This document shows, in pieces, positions 35,974 through 39,558 of a DNA stretch of 39,558 nucleotides (positions are counted from its first letter, which is position 1; every line of letters starts with the position of its first letter). The position numbers and the translations under genes are program-made. Below the pieces are notes generated by a model, which made no database searches, had not been told where the DNA came from, and worked only from the letters and a program-made list of their open reading frames with translations. This stretch comes from Eubacterium sp. (GTDB taxonomy: Bacteria > Bacillota > Clostridia > Lachnospirales > Lachnospiraceae), in assembly GCA_024681495.1 (NCBI GenBank), contig JAILAS010000147.1, positions 1-39,558 on the forward strand, written 5' to 3'.

Positions 35974-38060
35974 GACTCCGCCGTTTCGTCTATGAGATTT
36001 CTCATGCTGTCCAGGCTTATCAGAAGCGTGGACGTATTATGAAGAGTCGCCGAGGTGGAGGGCGCTATAATCCCGCCCACTCCCATCAGGATGAAGGCCG
36101 AGTTCAGACCGACGATTTTCTTAAAGTTACCGTCTATCCTCTTCATCAGAAGCTGCGATATCCTCCGCAGCGTAAGGAGCTCGTTAAGGTCGTCGGCAGC
36201 TATGGTTATATCCGCAATTTCTCTGGCAATCTGCGCACCGTCGGAAATAGCCACTCCGACATCCGCGGCAGAGAGCGCCGGCGAATCGTTAATACCGTCT
36301 CCTATCATCATAACCCTGTGTCCGGCGAGCTTTTCCTTCTCGACGAACCCTGCCTTATCCTCAGGCATGACCTCTGAATAATACTCATCTACTCCGACCT
36401 GGGCTGCAATGCTCGCCGCGGTCTTATCGGAATCTCCGGTCATCATGACCACCTTGCTCACACCCGACTCCTTTAGTTTCCTGATCACATCGGGAGCCTC
36501 TTTCCTCAGGGGATCCTCTATACATATTACGCTGACCACGTCCTTGTCTATGGCCAGATACAGGAACGAGAACTCAGGAGGAAGCGCATTTATACGCCTC
36601 GTAAATTCCTCGGATGCCGTGCATTCCTCGTCCTCGAACACGAAATGGTAGCTTCCAATCACCACGCGCTTTTCGCCGATGGAAGATGCGATGCCGTGAG
36701 CGACTATATAGTTCACCTTGGAGTGCATCTCGTCGTGCTCGATGCCCTTCTCCTTGGCCGCATTGACGACCGCGTTGGCCATGGAGTGCGGGAAATGCTC
36801 CTCGAGGCAGGCAGCGATTCTGAGCATTTCGTCCTCGCTTCCTTCCTCCTTGGCGATGACCCGGGCAACCCTGGGGACAGCCTTCGTAAGCGTACCCGTC
36901 TTATCGAACACTATCACGTCCGCCAGAGCCACGCTCTCCATGAACTTGCCGCCCTTTACGGTAATGCCGTGTTCATTGGACTCCCTTATCGCCGAAAGCA
37001 CACTGATGGGAATCGCGAGCTTAAGCGCGCAGGAGAAATCGACCATGAGAACCGAGAGCATCTTCGTGACGTTCCTGGTGAGCGCATAAACGAGCCCTGT
37101 GGCCAGAAATGTGTAAGGCACCAGCGCGTCGGCCAGATGGGCCGAGCGTGACTCCGCCTCGGATTTAAGCTTCTCCGAGTTTTCAATCATGGCAACTATC
37201 TTCTCGTACTTGGTCGCGCCCTTGGTCTCAGTAACCCTGACGGTTATCTCGCCCTCTTCCACGACCGTGCCCGCATAGGCAATAGAATCAACGCGCTTAT
37301 GTACAGGCGCAGACTCTCCGGTCAGAGACGACTGATTTATAAAGGCCTCGCCGTCAACGACAATACCGTCGAACGGAACCACATTGCCCATTCTAATCAC
37401 GACTTCATCGCCGGGCTGCACCGTATCGGTCTTAACAAGCACCTGCGTGTCACCGGACTTGAGCCATACATTGTTTACGTGAAGCGACATGCTGCGAGCC
37501 AGATCCTCGACGGACTTCTTATGCGTCCACTCCTCGAGCAGCTCGCCAACACCCAGCAGGAACATAACGGATCCCGCCGTAGAGAAGTCCCTTCTGACGA
37601 TAGAGACAGCAATGGCTGTCGCATCGAGGACGGGTACCTCTATCCTGCCTCTGACGAGACACTTCAAACCCTCAGCGATATACCTGAGCGATTTAAGTAT
37701 AATCCTCGCGTAGCGAATGGGCCGGGGCACAATGAACCTGACGCTGTACCTGAAGACCACCTTCATAATAAGTTTGTCCCTGTACTTCGCGGTAAGAGCC
37801 CTTCCGGACGTCTCCAGCACCTCGGCGGGAACGGTCACATCCTCGCAGTGATAGCGGGCAAGCGCATCGATAACCTCCGCCCTGTCCCCGCCGTAGACGA
37901 CGGCAACGTCGGCGGTACGCTCGTAGACGGTCGCAGAAATAACGCCCGGCTTCTTCTCGAGGTAATACTGCAGGGTATCCGCCTCCTCGTAGCTCATGGA
38001 GCGCTGATTCATGTGGACGCGAATCCTGCCTTTTATGTCACTCTTGATAAAAAACTTCAT
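35970..38060 (-). CDS. P-type ATPase of heavy-metal (P1B-like) architecture, lacking the CPx motif (FSC instead)
   Basis: Motifs TGES (SLTGESAPV), DKTGTLT, MTGD, GDGINDSPAL and EHFPHS are all present. The transmembrane metal-site helix reads DFSCALKLAIP. The N-terminal ~75 aa look HMA-like in pattern but have no CxxC. Confidence 0.9.
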   Translation of the reverse strand: MKFFIKSDIKGRIRVHMNQRSMSYEEADTLQYYLEKKPGVISATVYERTADVAVVYGGDRAEVIDALARYHCEDVTVPAEVLETSGRALTAKYRDKLIMKVVFRYSVRFIVPRPIRYARIILKSLRYIAEGLKCLVRGRIEVPVLDATAIAVSIVRRDFSTAGSVMFLLGVGELLEEWTHKKSVEDLARSMSLHVNNVWLKSGDTQVLVKTDTVQPGDEVVIRMGNVVPFDGIVVDGEAFINQSSLTGESAPVHKRVDSIAYAGTVVEEGEITVRVTETKGATKYEKIVAMIENSEKLKSEAESRSAHLADALVPYTFLATGLVYALTRNVTKMLSVLMVDFSCALKLAIPISVLSAIRESNEHGITVKGGKFMESVALADVIVFDKTGTLTKAVPRVARVIAKEEGSEDEMLRIAACLEEHFPHSMANAVVNAAKEKGIEHDEMHSKVNYIVAHGIASSIGEKRVVIGSYHFVFEDEECTASEEFTRRINALPPEFSFLYLAIDKDVVSVICIEDPLRKEAPDVIRKLKESGVSKVVMMTGDSDKTAASIAAQVGVDEYYSEVMPEDKAGFVEKEKLAGHRVMMIGDGINDSPALSAADVGVAISDGAQIAREIADITIAADDLNELLTLRRISQLLMKRIDGNFKKIVGLNSAFILMGVGGIIAPSTSATLHNTSTLLISLDSMRNLIDETAES

Positions 38061-38069
38061 ATAATATAA

Positions 38070-38342
38070 TTAAGCCTCTGCGCCTTCGGCGATATCTTCA
38101 ACGACCTTCTCTGCTTCCTCACGCTCACGCTCGGCATTTATCTCCTGAGCCTGAGCGTAGATGTCAGAGCAGTTCTCCTGAACCATTGTGGCAGTATCGA
38201 GAACGCAGTCCTTTGCTCTGAGGCCGGCGGCCGTGCAGTGAACATATACGTTCTTTGCGTCCTTGCTGCTGAGGATCTTAACTCCGGCGGATCCAAAGAG
38301 CGCGCCTCCGATAAACAATCCAACTTTACCTAATGTACTCAT
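38070..38342 (-). CDS. small (90 aa) protein with a Gly-rich N-terminal hydrophobic helix, three Cys and an acidic tail (YtxH-like / DUF-type)
   Basis: AGGAGG lies 7 nt before the ATG, and the stop is 9 nt before the ATPase ATG. The sequence is MSTLGKVGLFIGGALFGSAGVKIL...HC...C...C...EREREEAEKVVEDIAEGAEA. Confidence 0.6.
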   Translation of the reverse strand: MSTLGKVGLFIGGALFGSAGVKILSSKDAKNVYVHCTAAGLRAKDCVLDTATMVQENCSDIYAQAQEINAEREREEAEKVVEDIAEGAEA

Positions 38343-38385
38343 AATGTTACCTCCTAAAAAATACGGATATTTTTATATAGACATT

Positions 38386-38415
38386 ATTATAATTAGTTAG
38401 TCATTTCTAAGGCAA
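38386..38415 (-). promoter_or_regulatory. sigma-70-type promoter for the small-protein/ATPase operon
   Basis: The minus strand reads TTGCCT-N18-TATAAT, about 40 nt upstream of the ATG at 38342. Confidence 0.45.
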
Positions 38416-38445
38416 TAGTTTAATGATTATTTTTCTCAAATAAAC

Positions 38446-38492
38446 ACGAACCGGCGAAATTAGCGCATTCTAACGCACGTTCACCGGTTCGT
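38446..38492 (-). terminator. probable terminator after the mini-Fur gene
   Basis: Minus-strand RNA reads ACGAACCGGUGAA...UUCGCCGGUUCGU, a 13-bp stem including one G-U. The 21-nt apical part has a small inner helix. It is followed by GUUUAUUUGAG, which is a weak U-tract. Confidence 0.5.
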
Positions 38493-38542
38493 ACCAAAAT
38501 TTGATTTGACTCGCATTTGACGCAGTTATCTGACAGCTTATG

Positions 38543-38776
38543 TCAAATTTCGTTAATGTAAATCCTCCGACTCAGGATACCAATCTCCTCCATAACGGCC
38601 ACCATCCTGTAAACTGTAGCCACTCCAATCGAGTCATCCACCTCAGAAGCCTTAAAGTAAATCTCCTTGCAGCAGGCGCAGTCATTTCCGAGAATTACAT
38701 CTATAATGGTAAGTCTTTGCCTGGTGATCCTGCATCCGTTCTCCTTAAGGAGCTCAACAACACGTTCCCTTGACAT
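38543..38776 (-). CDS. Fur-family-like transcriptional repressor consisting only of the winged-helix DNA-binding domain (77 aa)
   Basis: The RITRQRLTIIDVIL...CKEIY...IGVATVYRMVAVMEEIGIL pattern matches the Fur N-terminal domain. The start was set to the ATG at 38776, after GGAGA. The stop is followed within ~50 nt by a terminator, so no C-terminal metal-sensing domain is present in any frame. Confidence 0.7.
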   Translation of the reverse strand: MSRERVVELLKENGCRITRQRLTIIDVILGNDCACCKEIYFKASEVDDSIGVATVYRMVAVMEEIGILSRRIYINEI

Positions 38777-38848
38777 TAATATCTCCAATCCCATACCAAA
38801 CACGTAGGCGTTTCGGTAATAATTATCACAGCCTCAGCTGCAAGAATT

Positions 38849-38877
38849 AGTATAGACTAACCGGGGTTAGTTGTCAA
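38849..38877 (-). promoter_or_regulatory. near-consensus sigma-70 promoter for the mini-Fur gene
   Basis: The minus strand reads TTGACA-N17-TATACT. Confidence 0.6.
38856..38871. promoter_or_regulatory. candidate operator: perfect 7-2-7 inverted repeat inside the promoter spacer
   Basis: ACTAACC-GG-GGTTAGT on the plus strand fills 16 of the 17 spacer positions between the -35 and -10 boxes. Confidence 0.5.
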
Positions 38878-38910
38878 GGACGCTCGATAATTTTATATCA
38901 TTTATGGCAT

Positions 38911-38937
38911 AAAAAAGGCTGCCCTTTCGGACAGCCT
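38911..38937 (-). terminator. rho-independent terminator after cheR
   Basis: Minus-strand RNA reads AGGCUGUCC-GAAA-GGGCAGCCU, followed by UUUUUUAU. Confidence 0.7.
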
Positions 38938-38988
38938 AAAGTTTCATAAACAAGTCTCAAATAGAGATTCTTCAGAAAACATGATGAT

Positions 38989-39558
38989 TTATAACTTTTC
39001 GAAGAAGAAAGATCCCTTCTTACCGTAGTTAAGATCCTTATAATTGACAATCTGTTCCGTACTACCGATGAACAGAATGCCCCCCTTCATCAGCGAAGCG
39101 TTGAAGTTCTTGAAAACCTCTTCCTTAGCCTCGTCCGTGAAGTAAATAAGAACGTTTCGGCAAACAATCATATGATAATTCGTCTGATATCTGTCTTTCA
39201 AAAGATTGTGCTGGCTGAACTCCACGTGCTTCTTCATCTCATCGGAGATCTGATAGGAATTACCCACCTTGGTGAAGTACTTCTTCTTGAAGTCATCAGG
39301 GACGCTGGCGATACTCTTCTCGGAGTAAAGTCCCACCTGTGCCTGTGCCATAACCTGCTTATCGAGGTCGGTAGCATAAATCTTAATGTTCTCAATGGGC
39401 ACATGTCTGGATAGTGCCATTACCAACGAATAAGGCTCATCGCCGGTAGAGCAGGCCGCACTCCAAATCTTCAGCTTATTGCCGAACTTGGAGATGAGCT
39501 CAGGAAAAATCTGCTCGTCCAAAAGCTTCCACTGATCGGGATTACGATAGAACTCTGA
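38989..39558 (-). CDS. cheR: chemotaxis protein methyltransferase CheR, C-terminal SAM-dependent domain (5' end beyond the window)
   Basis: IWSAACSTGDEPYSL and CRNVLIYF motifs. The frame stays open to the window edge (SEFYRNPDQWKLLDEQ...), so the track start at 39522 (a TTG) is not the true start. Confidence 0.85.
   Translation of the reverse strand, partial: SEFYRNPDQWKLLDEQIFPELISKFGNKLKIWSAACSTGDEPYSLVMALSRHVPIENIKIYATDLDKQVMAQAQVGLYSEKSIASVPDDFKKKYFTKVGNSYQISDEMKKHVEFSQHNLLKDRYQTNYHMIVCRNVLIYFTDEAKEEVFKNFNASLMKGGILFIGSTEQIVNYKDLNYGKKGSFFFEKL

Noticed and set aside
38989-39522. An apparent complete 177-aa CheR-like ORF starting at 39522.
   Set aside because: The start is a TTG and the frame remains open to the window edge, with a typical CheR sequence upstream (SEFYRNPDQW…). 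I therefore treat it as a 5'-truncated gene rather than a short stand-alone methyltransferase.
1-39558. A search by eye for tRNA or rRNA genes, CRISPR repeats, IS or transposase genes, integrases, toxin-antitoxin pairs or defence-type genes.
   Set aside because: None was found. All sizeable ORFs are accounted for by housekeeping families or by the few orphans listed. A tRNAscan, Infernal or repeat-finder run would be needed to exclude small elements formally.

Overview
This window is a gene-dense, mostly housekeeping stretch of a Firmicutes/Clostridia-type chromosome, probably a spore-forming Lachnospiraceae-like anaerobe. That placement rests on yicC-remA-gmk-rpoZ, asp23-yloV-recG, ytfI-ytfJ and rnfCDGEAB synteny. 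About 41 of 45 coding regions lie on the minus strand, in long strings with tiny or overlapping junctions.

Recognisable content, in window order:
- N-terminus of a 2Fe-2S/NuoG-type protein, an orphan ORF, and an FAD oxidoreductase.
- rluD-like gene, a coiled-coil protein, then coaD, rsmD, pgsA, rimO, rpoZ, gmk, remA, yicC.
- rqcH (+ strand), recG, yloV-like, asp23, rpmB (+ strand).
- ytfJ/ytfI-like sporulation genes, a class B PBP, a SEDS protein, a long U32 peptidase, zapA.
- ruvBA, miaB, proA, 5-formyl-THF cyclo-ligase, proB, rnfBAEGDC.
- A flavodoxin-ferredoxin fusion (+) plus an orphan ORF (+), a P-type ATPase with a small partner protein and a mini-Fur regulator, and a 5'-truncated cheR.

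I saw no tRNA, rRNA, CRISPR array, IS element, integrase or phage/defence genes. The ORF track uses alternative start codons, so several starts were re-set by eye from RBS and conserved N-termini.

I do not see an unambiguous new multi-gene system. Two candidates deserve follow-up:
1. The mini-Fur / small Cys-protein / non-CPx (FSC motif) P-type ATPase module at 35.97-38.88 kb. It has a perfect palindromic operator inside a consensus promoter.
2. A structured ~280-nt RNA region at 852-1133. It has mutually exclusive terminator and antiterminator helices upstream of an orphan gene.

The remaining findings are modest architectural oddities. All promoter, terminator and structure calls were made by eye and need computation to confirm.
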